Shown here piece by piece: positions 39,821-49,251 of a stretch of DNA of 63,853 bases. The position numbers were made by a program, and so were the translations under genes. The stretch spans positions 42,953 through 106,805 of the forward strand of contig CAYXKE010000002.1 of assembly GCA_964464935.1 (NCBI GenBank). Reading direction: 5' to 3'. The notes below the pieces were generated by a model. That model saw only the letters and a program-made list of their open reading frames with translations, searched no databases and was not told where the DNA came from. Source of the stretch: an uncultured Chryseobacterium sp. Lineage in GTDB: Bacteria; Bacteroidota; Bacteroidia; Flavobacteriales_F; PHOS-HE28. Every line of letters begins with the position of its first letter. The first letter of the stretch is position 1.

Positions 39821-41515
39821 TCAACCCCGCACCAACGGGCGGTACTTGATGCGCTTCGGCACGATGTCGCCGCCCAGGCGCTTCTTGCGGTTCTCCTCGT
39901 AATCGCTGAAACCGCCCTCGAACCAGTAGACCTGGCTGTCGCCCTCGAAGGCGAGGATGTGGGTGCAGACGCGGTCCATGAACCAGCGGTCGTGGCTGAT
40001 GATCACGGCACATCCGCTGTAGTCCTGGATGGCCTCCTCCAGTGCGCGAAGGGTGTTCACGTCCAGGTCGTTGGTGGGTTCGTCGAGCAGGAGCACGTTG
40101 CTGCTCTGCTTCACGGTCATGGCCAGGTGGAGGCGGTTGCGTTCCCCCCCGCTGAGCACGCCCACTTTCTTGTTCTGGTCGGTGCCGGTGAAGTTGAAGC
40201 GGGCCAGATAGGCGCGGGTGTTCATCACCATGTTGCCGAAGGTGATGTTGTCCAGGCCGCCGCTGATCACTTCGTATACGGTCTTCTCCGGATGCAGGTC
40301 CTTGTGGTTCTGGTCCACGTAGGCGATCTGGACGGTGTCGCCAATGACGATGGTGCCGCTGTCGGGCTTCTCCGCGCCCATGATCATGCGGAACAAGGTG
40401 GTCTTACCCGCACCGTTCGGACCCACGATGCCCACGATGCCCGCGGGGGGGAGCGAGAAGCTGAGCTTGTCGATGAGCAGGCGGTCGCCGAAGCCCTTGC
40501 TCACTTCCTTGAACTCGATCACCTTGTCGCCCAAGCGCGGACCGTTGGGGATGAAGATCTCCAGCTTGGCCTCCTTCTCCTTGACGCTCTCGCCCTGCAT
40601 CTTCTCATAGTTCTGCAGACGGGCCTTGTTCTTGGTGCGGCGGGCACTGGGGTTGCTGCGCACCCACTCGAGCTCCTGCTTCAGCACGCGCTGGCGCCGG
40701 CTTTCCTGCTTCTCCTCCTGGGCCAGGCGGGCGGTCTTCTGCTCCAGCCAGCTGGTGTAGTTGCCCTTGAAGGGAATGCCTTCCCCGCGGTCGAGCTCCA
40801 GGATCCATCCGGCCACGTTGTCCAGGAAGTAACGGTCGTGGGTGATGGCGATGACGGTGCCCTTGTACTGTTGCAGGTGGAGCTCCAGCCAGGCCACGCT
40901 CTCAGCGTCCAGGTGGTTGGTCGGTTCGTCGAGCAGCAGGATGTCCGGTTGCTGTAGCAGCAGGCGACACAGGGCCACGCGACGGCGCTCCCCACCGCTC
41001 AGCACGCTGATGGGGGTGTCGGCATCGGGGCAGCGCAGTGCGTCCATGGCGATCTCCAGCTTCTGATCGATCTCCCACGCGCCGCACGCCTCGATCTTGT
41101 CCTGCAGCACACCCTGCCGCGCGATGAGCTTGTCCATCTTGTCCGGATCATTGAGCACGTCCTCATCGGCGAACTTGTTGTTCACCTCCTCGTACTCCTT
41201 CAGCAGGTCCATGATGGGTTGCACACCCTCGCGCACGATCTCGATCACGGTCTTGTTCTCGTCCAGCACGGGCTCCTGCTCCAGGTGGCCGATGGAGTAC
41301 CCCGGAGTGAGGTGCACATCGCCTTGGAAGTCGGTCTCCTTGCCGGCGATGATCCGCATCAGCGTGGATTTACCGCTGCCGTTCAGGCCGAGGATGCCGA
41401 TCTTGGCTCCATAGTAGAAGCCGAGGTAGATGTCCTTGAGAATGGTCTTTCCGTTGGGCAACGTCTTGCCCACCTTGACCATGTTGTAAATGATCTGACG
41501 TCCTTCTTCTGCCAT
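39821..41515 (-). CDS. ettA: energy-dependent translational throttle protein EttA (ABC-F ATPase)
   Basis: Start at MAEEGRQIIYNMVKVGKTLPNGKTILKDIYLGFYYGAKIGILGLNGSGKST. Two ABC cassettes are present. Length is about 564 aa. Confidence 0.93.
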   Translation of the reverse strand: MAEEGRQIIYNMVKVGKTLPNGKTILKDIYLGFYYGAKIGILGLNGSGKSTLMRIIAGKETDFQGDVHLTPGYSIGHLEQEPVLDENKTVIEIVREGVQPIMDLLKEYEEVNNKFADEDVLNDPDKMDKLIARQGVLQDKIEACGAWEIDQKLEIAMDALRCPDADTPISVLSGGERRRVALCRLLLQQPDILLLDEPTNHLDAESVAWLELHLQQYKGTVIAITHDRYFLDNVAGWILELDRGEGIPFKGNYTSWLEQKTARLAQEEKQESRRQRVLKQELEWVRSNPSARRTKNKARLQNYEKMQGESVKEKEAKLEIFIPNGPRLGDKVIEFKEVSKGFGDRLLIDKLSFSLPPAGIVGIVGPNGAGKTTLFRMIMGAEKPDSGTIVIGDTVQIAYVDQNHKDLHPEKTVYEVISGGLDNITFGNMVMNTRAYLARFNFTGTDQNKKVGVLSGGERNRLHLAMTVKQSSNVLLLDEPTNDLDVNTLRALEEAIQDYSGCAVIISHDRWFMDRVCTHILAFEGDSQVYWFEGGFSDYEENRKKRLGGDIVPKRIKYRPLVRG

Positions 41516-41547
41516 TGTCGGGGTGGTTGCGGCAGGCCCCAGAGGCG

Positions 41548-43299
41548 CTACCGGACCGCGAAGATGCCCAAACGCGGGAGATCGAGCACCAGTTGGGCCG
41601 TTGTGGCCCCGGTGGTGTCCGCGTGGTGGTGCAGCAGGATGTCGCCGACCTCCAAGCCGGTTTCCCACGGCACCGCCACAAAACGGAGGCCGCCTTGCTG
41701 CAGGTGGTGCAGCATGCCGCGGTCCATGCCGGCGGCCACCGCGTGGAACTCGATCGGGGCTTCCCAAGGGAACTTCATGTACAGGCGGTCGCCGGGGTCC
41801 ATCGCGCTACGCAGGTAGTGGGCCGCCTCCCGCGCCTCGGGGAACCGCTCCACGTTCCGGGGTGTGCCGGCGGCGAGCGGCCAGGCGGTGATCAGCATCA
41901 GGGCCACGCTGGTCTGCTGCACGCGTTGCCGCTTGCCCCATGTGGGCAGGAATTTCTCGTTGATCAGCTTCAACATGTAGAACAGCCCGATGCCCACGCC
42001 CAGGTGAACGAAGGGCACCAGGTACAGCCAGGCCCGGGCCGGGGCGAGGTGGCCCTGCACAGGTACCAGCACCAGTGCTCCGCACAGCGCGGCGAAGAGC
42101 AGGCTGCGGTAGCGGCCCGAGTAGTACCCCGCCACCACGCACATGGCCAGCGCCAGCAGACGGGTGATGCGCAGGTTGGTGCCCGCCAGATGCGCGTGCA
42201 CGCCCACGAGCCGGTCGCCGAGCGTGCGCAAGAACACCTCCCGCTCCGGGCGCTCCAGCACGGGATGGTCGAGCAGATGGTCCGGGCCATAGACGATGAG
42301 GATGGGCAGGTAGAGCAGCATGGTGACCACCCCCCAGGTCACCGCCGCACCCGCCAACCCGCCCGAGCGCCGCAAGGCGGTGGCCGCGCCATACCGCACC
42401 ATCTGCTGCACGAGCAACCACACAAGTACCATCAGGCCGGGGTAGACCATGGTGGGCACCGCCCAAGTGCCCAAGGCCAGCACCAGGCCCAGCAGCAGCG
42501 CGCTCACCCGGCTGCCCGCCCGCAGTTGATGCCGCCCCAGCAGCAGCGCCACCGCCATGCACAGCCAGGTGATGCCATAGCCCCGGGCCAGTGCGCTGTA
42601 CTCCACCAGCACCGGCGAGGCCGCGACCAGGGCCAGGGTCATCAGGGCGATGTAGCGGTTGAAGGTGGCCCGCACGAAGAAGTAGAAGGCGGGCATGAAG
42701 AGCACGGCGGCCAGCAGTGCCGGCAGCCGCAGGCTGAACAGCCCGGTGCCCAGCAGCGTGGTGCTCCACTTCACCAGCAGAGTGTGGAGCACGTGGTTGT
42801 TGGGGTAGGCGTAGTCGCACAGCACCACGTGGAGCGGCCGCGAGGCGAAGTAGGTCCAGGTGAACGCCTCGTCGTAGGTGATGGGGGCGAAGCTGGCCCA
42901 CACGCGGAGCAGCGTTCCGGCAAGGATGATCAGCAGCACCGCACGCTTGTGCGCGGGCGAGGTCCGCTTGGCATAGCGACCGAGCACTTCATGCAGGTCG
43001 TGCGCGAAACCGCTGATCGCTCCCGTGGACACCGGTGCCCGGCGCCAGATGCGAACACCCCTCACCAGCAGGGCCAGCCCCAGTATGCCCAACAGTGCCG
43101 CGGCGCGGCGCAGATTTTCCTGGACACGACCATGGAACTGGGCGGTGTAGCGCTCCACCTCGCCGTCGGGGGCGATGCCGTTCAGGTGGTGCAGCACCTC
43201 ATCGTGCGGCGTGTCGGCAGCGCTCCATGCCGCCAGGCCCAGCAGGGCGAGCAGCAGGCCGATGAACAAGTGGAGAGCCGTGCGCACCGACATGACCAC
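41548..43299 (-). CDS. GT-C fold membrane glycosyltransferase (ArnT/PMT_2-like)
   Basis: The 583-aa polytopic protein has an early loop motif ITYDEAFTW after the first helices. It also has the many-TM architecture typical of family 39/83-like transferases. Confidence 0.65.
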   Translation of the reverse strand: MVMSVRTALHLFIGLLLALLGLAAWSAADTPHDEVLHHLNGIAPDGEVERYTAQFHGRVQENLRRAAALLGILGLALLVRGVRIWRRAPVSTGAISGFAHDLHEVLGRYAKRTSPAHKRAVLLIILAGTLLRVWASFAPITYDEAFTWTYFASRPLHVVLCDYAYPNNHVLHTLLVKWSTTLLGTGLFSLRLPALLAAVLFMPAFYFFVRATFNRYIALMTLALVAASPVLVEYSALARGYGITWLCMAVALLLGRHQLRAGSRVSALLLGLVLALGTWAVPTMVYPGLMVLVWLLVQQMVRYGAATALRRSGGLAGAAVTWGVVTMLLYLPILIVYGPDHLLDHPVLERPEREVFLRTLGDRLVGVHAHLAGTNLRITRLLALAMCVVAGYYSGRYRSLLFAALCGALVLVPVQGHLAPARAWLYLVPFVHLGVGIGLFYMLKLINEKFLPTWGKRQRVQQTSVALMLITAWPLAAGTPRNVERFPEAREAAHYLRSAMDPGDRLYMKFPWEAPIEFHAVAAGMDRGMLHHLQQGGLRFVAVPWETGLEVGDILLHHHADTTGATTAQLVLDLPRLGIFAVR

Positions 43300-43311
43300 A
43301 CGTCGGGACGG

Positions 43312-43686
43312 TCAACGAACCACGGGCTCCATCGAGATGATGCTGTCCACCACGTAGCGGCTATGCCCGCGCCAGGGGAGGGCCGCCACATACTCGCGGT
43401 AGTGCAGGTTGAACTGCTTCCCGCTGTTCACCATCAGTTCCTGCGCCACCACCGGGTCGGCCACGGAGAACTCGAACTCGAAGCTCTCCAGCGTGCCCTC
43501 GCGGCTGCGGATGCCCGTCTGGATCATCTTGCCCTCATAGGTCTTGAAGAGCACCCCCTTGTACACCACGTAGTTCAGCTCTCCGGCCTTCACCCCGGTG
43601 CCGAACACCCAGAAATAGCGGTAGTAGATAAGCCCGACCAGGATGATCATCACCACCAGGGCCAGTTTCCAAAGGTGCTTGCGCAT
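43312..43686 (-). CDS. small membrane-anchored conserved protein
   Basis: Start at MRKHLWKLALVVMIILVGLIYYRYF. This is a single TM helix plus a roughly 95-aa soluble part. It resembles a conserved Bacteroidota family that is often mis-annotated. Confidence 0.65.
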   Translation of the reverse strand: MRKHLWKLALVVMIILVGLIYYRYFWVFGTGVKAGELNYVVYKGVLFKTYEGKMIQTGIRSREGTLESFEFEFSVADPVVAQELMVNSGKQFNLHYREYVAALPWRGHSRYVVDSIISMEPVVR

Positions 43687-43791
43687 CGATCGCGTTCTGT
43701 GGTCCGAATGTAGGGGGCGGCCGTTCATCGGACGACCCCACCGTTCATCACAAAAGGTACTATGTGACGCATGGTACCATTCAGTGACAAG

Positions 43792-43799
43792 TATCTTTG
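43792..43799 (+). promoter_or_regulatory. Bacteroidota -7 promoter box TATCTTTG (TAnnTTTG consensus) for the PadR-PspC pair
   Basis: An exact match to TAnnTTTG lies 25 nt upstream of the PadR ATG, in a comparatively AT-rich divergent spacer. Confidence 0.45.
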
Positions 43800-43823
43800 T
43801 ACCGCACAACACCAACGACCGGC

Positions 43824-44156
43824 ATGATGAACGTGGGGAACACCAAGGCGCAGATGCGGAAGGGCGTGCTGGAGTATTGCATCCTGGGCGTGCTCGCGCA
43901 GGGGGAGTGCTACCCCTCGGACATCATGGACAAGTTGAAGGGCGCCAAACTGATCGTGGTGGAGGGCACGCTCTACCCCCTGTTGACCCGGTTGAAGGAT
44001 GCCGGGCTGCTGGCCTACCGGTGGGAGGAATCGCGTTCCGGCCCGCCGCGGAAGTATTACCGCCTTACGCCCATGGGGGCGAAGTACCTCGAGGAGCTGC
44101 ACCTCACGTGGGCGGAGCTCTCCGAAGCCGTGCGCAAGACGACCCGGACCAAGTGA
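43824..44156 (+). CDS. PadR family transcriptional regulator
   Basis: MRKGVLEYCILGVLAQGECYPSDIMDKL...GTLYPLLTRLKDAGLL...RKYYRLT is the canonical PadR winged helix. Confidence 0.9.
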   Translation: MMNVGNTKAQMRKGVLEYCILGVLAQGECYPSDIMDKLKGAKLIVVEGTLYPLLTRLKDAGLLAYRWEESRSGPPRKYYRLTPMGAKYLEELHLTWAELSEAVRKTTRTK

Positions 44157-44212
44157 AACGATCCCCCACCACCCCCTGAACCCAACCCCGCGCCGAGACC
44201 CGGCGAACGACC

Positions 44213-45955
44213 ATGGAGAAGACCATCACAGTGAACATCAGCGGCACCGTCTTCCACATCGAGGAGAAGGCGTACCAGGCGCTGCAGCGCTATCTGGAGA
44301 ACGTGCGTGGCCAGTTCGCGGGTTCGCCCGGAAGCGACGAGATCATGGCCGACATCGAGGCCCGCATCGCTGAACTGTTCGCCGAGCGCATTCAGGGGCG
44401 CGGCATGGTGGTGACGCTCGCCGACGTGGACCATGTGATCGACGTGATGGGCCGCCCCGAGGATTACACGGACGGGGAGGAGGCCCACGCCGGTTTTGCT
44501 GCCGGGCGCAGCCGTGGCTACAAGCGCCTCTTCCGCGATCCCGACGACCGCTGGGTGGCGGGTGTGCTGAGCGGGCTGGCCAACTACGTCAGCGTGGACC
44601 CGATCTGGTTCCGGGTCGCCTTCATCGCACTGGTGCTCCTGGGCATGGGCACGCCCATCCTGCTCTACATCATCCTTTGGATCCTCGTTCCCATGGCCAG
44701 CACCGCGGCCGAGCGCCTGATGATGGAAGGGGAACCGGTGACGGTGGACAACCTGAAACGGGCCTTCGAGCAGGGGGCGCAGCGCGTGGCCTCCGAAGTG
44801 GAGGACCTGGGCCGGCGCTTTGAACGCAGCGCCCCCAGGGCCGCGGAGACAGTGCGCCAGGGCGCTGGACAGGTGGCCCACACGGCCGCATCGGTGATCA
44901 AGCGCATCGTCGGGTTGGTGCTGCTCGCGGTGGGGGTGGGCCTGGGCCTGAGCCTGTTGGGCACCGTGATCGGCGGGTCCTTCCTGGCGTACGTCACCGC
45001 CGGCAGCGATGAGCCGGGCCTGGTGGAACTCCTGGCCGCCACCCATGCCTCCGCCGCGCATGCCACGTGGTCCGTGGTGGCCCTGCTGCTCGTGACCGTG
45101 ATCCCCGTGGTGGGCATCCTTATCGCCGGCTTCCAACTGCTCCTCGACCTGCGCTCGCCCAGGTGGGTGGGGTGGACCCTGTCCCTGATCTGGATCGTGG
45201 CGCTGATCGCCCTCACCTGGTCGGCCGTGTACGTGGTGCGCGACGTGCGCCGCAGTGAGCCCGTGCGTACCACCCAGGTCCTGGAGGCGCCGGCCGATGG
45301 CGTGCTCGTCCTGCGCCGCGCGGAACATCCGAAGTTCCACCTCCCCAGCTACGATCGCCTCGACGGCCGGATGCACGGCATGGAACTGGGCATCCGCGTG
45401 GAAGCGGATTCCATCCATGGCTCCTGGGCGCAACTCGATATCCGTCGCAGCCCCGACAGCGCATACCACTTGATGGTGGAACGCCGCGCCCAGGCCATCA
45501 CCGGCGCCATTTCCCGGGAACGCTCCGCGCGCATCGTCTGGCACGCCGCTCAGCGCGATGGTGCGCTCCACCTGTCACCGTGGTTCGCATGGCCCAAGGC
45601 CGACCGGGTGCGCGGGCAACGCATCGTCTTCGTGGTGCAGGTGCCGGAGGGCGGTTCGGTCTACATCGATGAAGGCCTGGAGCACATGCTGGACGACGTG
45701 GACAACATCGACCACGTGAAGACCCACGACATGGTGAACAAGACCTGGACGATGACGCCCCAAGGCCTCACCCACCAGTTGGACGCCTTGCCTCCCCGTG
45801 GGCCTGCCCACACCGATGCGCCGCAACTGGACGCCGATGCGCCCGATGCCATCCCGATCCACCGCACGGGCGCCCTCATTCGCGTGACCGCCCAAGTGCC
45901 ACAGCGCCATTGGCGCATGCCCGACCTGTTCACGTTGCTGCGGCCGCGCTTCTGA
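44213..45955 (+). CDS. PspC domain-containing membrane protein
   Basis: The PspC block is RLFRDPDDRWVAGVLSGLANYVSVDPIWFRVAFIALVLLG. Several TM helices and a roughly 230-aa C-terminal extracytoplasmic region follow. Confidence 0.85.
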   Translation: MEKTITVNISGTVFHIEEKAYQALQRYLENVRGQFAGSPGSDEIMADIEARIAELFAERIQGRGMVVTLADVDHVIDVMGRPEDYTDGEEAHAGFAAGRSRGYKRLFRDPDDRWVAGVLSGLANYVSVDPIWFRVAFIALVLLGMGTPILLYIILWILVPMASTAAERLMMEGEPVTVDNLKRAFEQGAQRVASEVEDLGRRFERSAPRAAETVRQGAGQVAHTAASVIKRIVGLVLLAVGVGLGLSLLGTVIGGSFLAYVTAGSDEPGLVELLAATHASAAHATWSVVALLLVTVIPVVGILIAGFQLLLDLRSPRWVGWTLSLIWIVALIALTWSAVYVVRDVRRSEPVRTTQVLEAPADGVLVLRRAEHPKFHLPSYDRLDGRMHGMELGIRVEADSIHGSWAQLDIRRSPDSAYHLMVERRAQAITGAISRERSARIVWHAAQRDGALHLSPWFAWPKADRVRGQRIVFVVQVPEGGSVYIDEGLEHMLDDVDNIDHVKTHDMVNKTWTMTPQGLTHQLDALPPRGPAHTDAPQLDADAPDAIPIHRTGALIRVTAQVPQRHWRMPDLFTLLRPRF

Positions 45956-46003
45956 AGCAACGAGGGCCCGCGCGCTACGAGGGGTGGCGCCGCCGGACCG
46001 AAG

Positions 46004-46036
46004 GCCCCCTGCGCTATGCGCGGGGGGCGCCTTTTT
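46004..46036 (+). terminator. intrinsic-terminator-like hairpin plus T5 run between the convergent PspC and Omp28-like genes
   Basis: gccccctgcgc-tat-gcgcggggggc forms an 11-bp stem with one G-U pair. It is followed by gccTTTTT. Confidence 0.55.
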
Positions 46037-47264
46037 GGGGGCGGGAGCTGCGCTCACGGCTCGCCACCACGGCCACTGCCCGGTGGGTGGCCGGCATGCC
46101 CGACGCTGCCCGGCGGGCGGAGCGCAGTTGATCCAGATCGCCCGGCGGTGGTGCGGGGAGCGCGCTGGTGGCGGCGCTCGCACGGCCCCGGTTCACGCAG
46201 GCCTCCTGGGCGTTGAGCGCGTGGCGCGCGCCACGGTCGTGGTGCGTCACGAAGGCCACCACGCACACATCGAACGGGTCGATCCCCTCCGGCCATGCCA
46301 GGTCCCAGGTCACCTTGTAGGTGGTGCCCGGCTGCGGCACGTTGGGGATCACCTCGCCATCGCCATCGGGTCCCCCCAGCATGGTCTGCACCACGCGGTG
46401 GTTCCAGGGATCGCCATTGCCGGCCTCCCACGGGGCGTACATGTTGTTGCGCATGATCAGCGCGCTCACGGTGAGGTCGCCGCGGAATTCTGTGACGAAC
46501 TCGGCGCCCACGGTCACATGCAGCTTGTTGGTCACCGTGTCGAGCAGGGGCTCGGTCCACACCACCACGGGTGAGGCCCCGCCGGCCCGATGGGCCAGAT
46601 GGTTCGGCCACTGCGAGTGGTTGGGGTTCGGCAGGTAGGCCCCATACTCCCCGTGGTCGATCACGCCGGCCGGTGTGCCTTGGGCGCCGAACCGCTCGAA
46701 GTAGGCATCGGGCTCGGGCTCGGTGAGCGCGTCGCGGAAGTGGTACTTGGCCACCACCACGCCGGGGTCCTGGGCGATCTCGTTGAGCCGGGGGTGGGCA
46801 CGCAGGCAGTTGTGGCAGGCCAGTGAGGTGCGCACCTCCAGCAGCTGGCGCTTGGGCACCCACCGGTCCAGTGCGGTCACCTGCACCTGCACCGTGTCGT
46901 TGCTCCGGTCGGGGTCGCCCGGCGCCTCCACCCACACCTTCAACGTGCCCTGCTCGCCGGCTCCCAGCACCAACGGGAGGTGGTGCCGGAACATGGCCAT
47001 GTTGTCACCGCTCAGTCCGGTGGGACCCAGGTTGATGATCCTGCCGTTCTGCACCGGACCGTTGCGCCAGCGCCAATTCACCTGAAAGCTCGTCACCGCC
47101 GGACCACTGGCATTGCGGACATAACCGGCCACCATCACGGGTTGGCCCACGGCCGCATATGGTGCGACATCGAGCTGACTGATGTATGCGTTCTGGGCGT
47201 GGAGCGTGGCGGCGAGCAGACCGATCGGGAGCAGCAGTAGCGCACGAGGCATGGTAGGCGGCAT
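46014..47264 (-). CDS. Omp28-related / thioredoxin-fold-like secreted protein with an N-terminal Ig-like domain
   Basis: Signal peptide MPRALLLLPIGLLAATLHAQ. The block LLEVRTSLACHNCLRAHPRLNEI resembles the CxxC region of Omp28-related proteins. The last 60 or so codons are Arg/Ala/Ser-rich and run into the terminator hairpin, so the true C-terminus is uncertain. Confidence 0.55.
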   Translation of the reverse strand: MPPTMPRALLLLPIGLLAATLHAQNAYISQLDVAPYAAVGQPVMVAGYVRNASGPAVTSFQVNWRWRNGPVQNGRIINLGPTGLSGDNMAMFRHHLPLVLGAGEQGTLKVWVEAPGDPDRSNDTVQVQVTALDRWVPKRQLLEVRTSLACHNCLRAHPRLNEIAQDPGVVVAKYHFRDALTEPEPDAYFERFGAQGTPAGVIDHGEYGAYLPNPNHSQWPNHLAHRAGGASPVVVWTEPLLDTVTNKLHVTVGAEFVTEFRGDLTVSALIMRNNMYAPWEAGNGDPWNHRVVQTMLGGPDGDGEVIPNVPQPGTTYKVTWDLAWPEGIDPFDVCVVAFVTHHDRGARHALNAQEACVNRGRASAATSALPAPPPGDLDQLRSARRAASGMPATHRAVAVVASRERSSRPQKGAPRA

Positions 47265-47339
47265 GATGGGCGAATGTACATGGCGGCAGGCATGGCGGCT
47301 AACTTGCGCCCCCGGCGGGTCCCATCCCCGCGATCACCC

Positions 47340-48383
47340 ATGAGCAAGGCCAGCAAGATCAAGCAGTTCGACCCCAACGCGCCCGGCGGCAGCGATGCCG
47401 GCATCTACGGACTTCCCTTCACCACCGACGAGGCGGACATCGTCCTGATCCCCGTGCCCTGGGAGGTGACCACCAGCTACGGGGGCGGCACGTCCGAGGG
47501 CCCGGCGGCGATCCTCGCGGCCAGCCAGCAGGTGGATCTATTCCACCGCGAGTTCCCCGAGCTGTGGAAGCGGGGCATCGCCATGGACGAGATCCCCGAG
47601 GCCCTGGTGGAGCAGAGCCGCGCCCTGAAGGAGGAGGCCCAATTGGTGATCGACCAGGTGACCGGGGCCGGGAACGCCCGCACGAAAGCCCGCGCCGCGA
47701 AGGCGTTGGAGCTGATCAACGCGGAATGCGCCGTGATGAACGATTGGGTGGAGCGCCGCGCCAGCTACTGGCTGGACAAGGGCAAGCGGGTGGGCCTGGT
47801 GGGCGGTGATCACAGTACGCCCCTCGGCCTGTTCCGCGCCCAGGCCGCACGCCACGGGGCCTTCGGCATTCTGCATATCGATGCCCACATGGACCTGCGC
47901 ATCGCCTATGAGGGCTTCACCTACAGCCATGCCAGCATCATGTACAACGCCCTCCAGCTCAAGCAGCTCAAGTCGTTGGTGCAGGTGGGCATCCGCGACT
48001 TCTGCCAGCAGGAGAACGAGGTGTACGTGAAGTCGAAGGGCCGTGTGAAGGCCGTGCTCAGCGCCGACATCCGCCGGCAGCAGTTCGATGGGGTGACCTG
48101 GCGCGAGCAATGCGATGCCATCATCGCGGCGCTGCCCGGGAAGGTCCACATCAGCTTCGACATCGACGGGCTCGACCCCAAGCTGTGCCCCCACACGGGC
48201 ACGCCGGTGCCGGGCGGGCTCGCGTTCGAGGAGGCCACTTACCTGCTGTCGCGCCTGGCGGCCAGCGGTCGCGAGCTCATCGGCTTCGACCTGGTGGAAG
48301 TGGCTCCCGGACCGCACGGCGACTGGGATGCGAACGTGGGCGCCCGCATGCTCTTCCACCTGTGCGGCATACTGGCCGGATAG
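47340..48383 (+). CDS. arginase family enzyme (agmatinase/formimidoylglutamase-like)
   Basis: Start at MSKASKIKQF. The Mn-binding blocks GGDHS, DAHMDLR and SFDIDGLDP are present. Confidence 0.83.
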   Translation: MSKASKIKQFDPNAPGGSDAGIYGLPFTTDEADIVLIPVPWEVTTSYGGGTSEGPAAILAASQQVDLFHREFPELWKRGIAMDEIPEALVEQSRALKEEAQLVIDQVTGAGNARTKARAAKALELINAECAVMNDWVERRASYWLDKGKRVGLVGGDHSTPLGLFRAQAARHGAFGILHIDAHMDLRIAYEGFTYSHASIMYNALQLKQLKSLVQVGIRDFCQQENEVYVKSKGRVKAVLSADIRRQQFDGVTWREQCDAIIAALPGKVHISFDIDGLDPKLCPHTGTPVPGGLAFEEATYLLSRLAASGRELIGFDLVEVAPGPHGDWDANVGARMLFHLCGILAG

Positions 48384-48396
48384 GTGAGGGGAGACC

Positions 48397-49155
48397 TCAC
48401 CGGGTGGACCAGGCCTGCTGCAGCGCACCAAGGAAGTGGTCGCTGTGCTGCGCCCCGCTCACGCTGTAGCGCCCGTCGATCACGAAGAACGGTACACCGC
48501 GCACGCCCACCTGACGGGCCTGCTGTTCATCGGCACGCACCTCGGCGGTGTAGGCATCGCTGTTCAGCACGGCCTCGGTCTCCGCGGCATCCAAACCGAT
48601 CTCCGCGGCCAGACGTTGCAGCACGGCCCTGTCGGCGATATGCTGGCCCTCGATGAAGTAGGCGCGGAACAGCCGCTCCTTGGCGGCATCGCCCAGGCCC
48701 TTGGATTTGGCGAACTGGAGCAGGCGGTGGGCATGGAACGAACTGCCCATGATGGCGGCGTCCATGTCGTAGTCCAGCCCCACGGTCTTCGCGCGTTCCA
48801 CCACACCGCCCACACGGGCGCGGGCCTCGTCCCGCGAGATGCCGTACTTCTTCGCCAGCATGTCGTACATGTCCAGCGGGCTGCGTTCGGGTGCGTACGG
48901 GTCCAGCTCGAAGCTGCGCCACACCACCGTCACCTCGTCCTTGTGCGCGAAACGCTCAAGCGCCCGCTCGAACTCCCGTTTGCCGATATAGCAGAACGGG
49001 CATACCACATCGCTCCAGATCTCCACGGTCATCGTGCTCGCTTTTGTCGGGTGCACCGCCGCAGGCACCTCCGCCATCGGGCCATCGCTGCGCTGGGCGC
49101 ACGCGGGCACGAGCATCAAGGCGAAGAGGGCGGGGGCCAGGCGGCGCAACTCCAT
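48397..49155 (-). CDS. DsbA family oxidoreductase (FrnE/HCCA-isomerase-like), probable lipoprotein
   Basis: Start at MELRRLAPALFALMLVPAC. The active site is CPFC. The C-terminal block reads GVRGVPFFVIDGRYSVSGAQ. An alternative start at MTVEIW would give a cytoplasmic protein. Confidence 0.8.
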   Translation of the reverse strand: MELRRLAPALFALMLVPACAQRSDGPMAEVPAAVHPTKASTMTVEIWSDVVCPFCYIGKREFERALERFAHKDEVTVVWRSFELDPYAPERSPLDMYDMLAKKYGISRDEARARVGGVVERAKTVGLDYDMDAAIMGSSFHAHRLLQFAKSKGLGDAAKERLFRAYFIEGQHIADRAVLQRLAAEIGLDAAETEAVLNSDAYTAEVRADEQQARQVGVRGVPFFVIDGRYSVSGAQHSDHFLGALQQAWSTR

Positions 49156-49251
49156 GGGGCAAAGATCGGCCACCGCCGCCAACACGGGCGCGTGGATGAC
49201 TTGCGCCGCCCTTCCGTCCCAGCATGGCATGGTGATGGTTGTTTCGCGATC

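Noticed and set aside
47340-48383. The arginase-family enzyme as a fourth cyanophycin (arginine) catabolism gene.
   Set aside because: It lies more than 35 kb from cphAB with unrelated genes between. The subfamily (agmatinase versus formimidoylglutamase) cannot be decided by eye.
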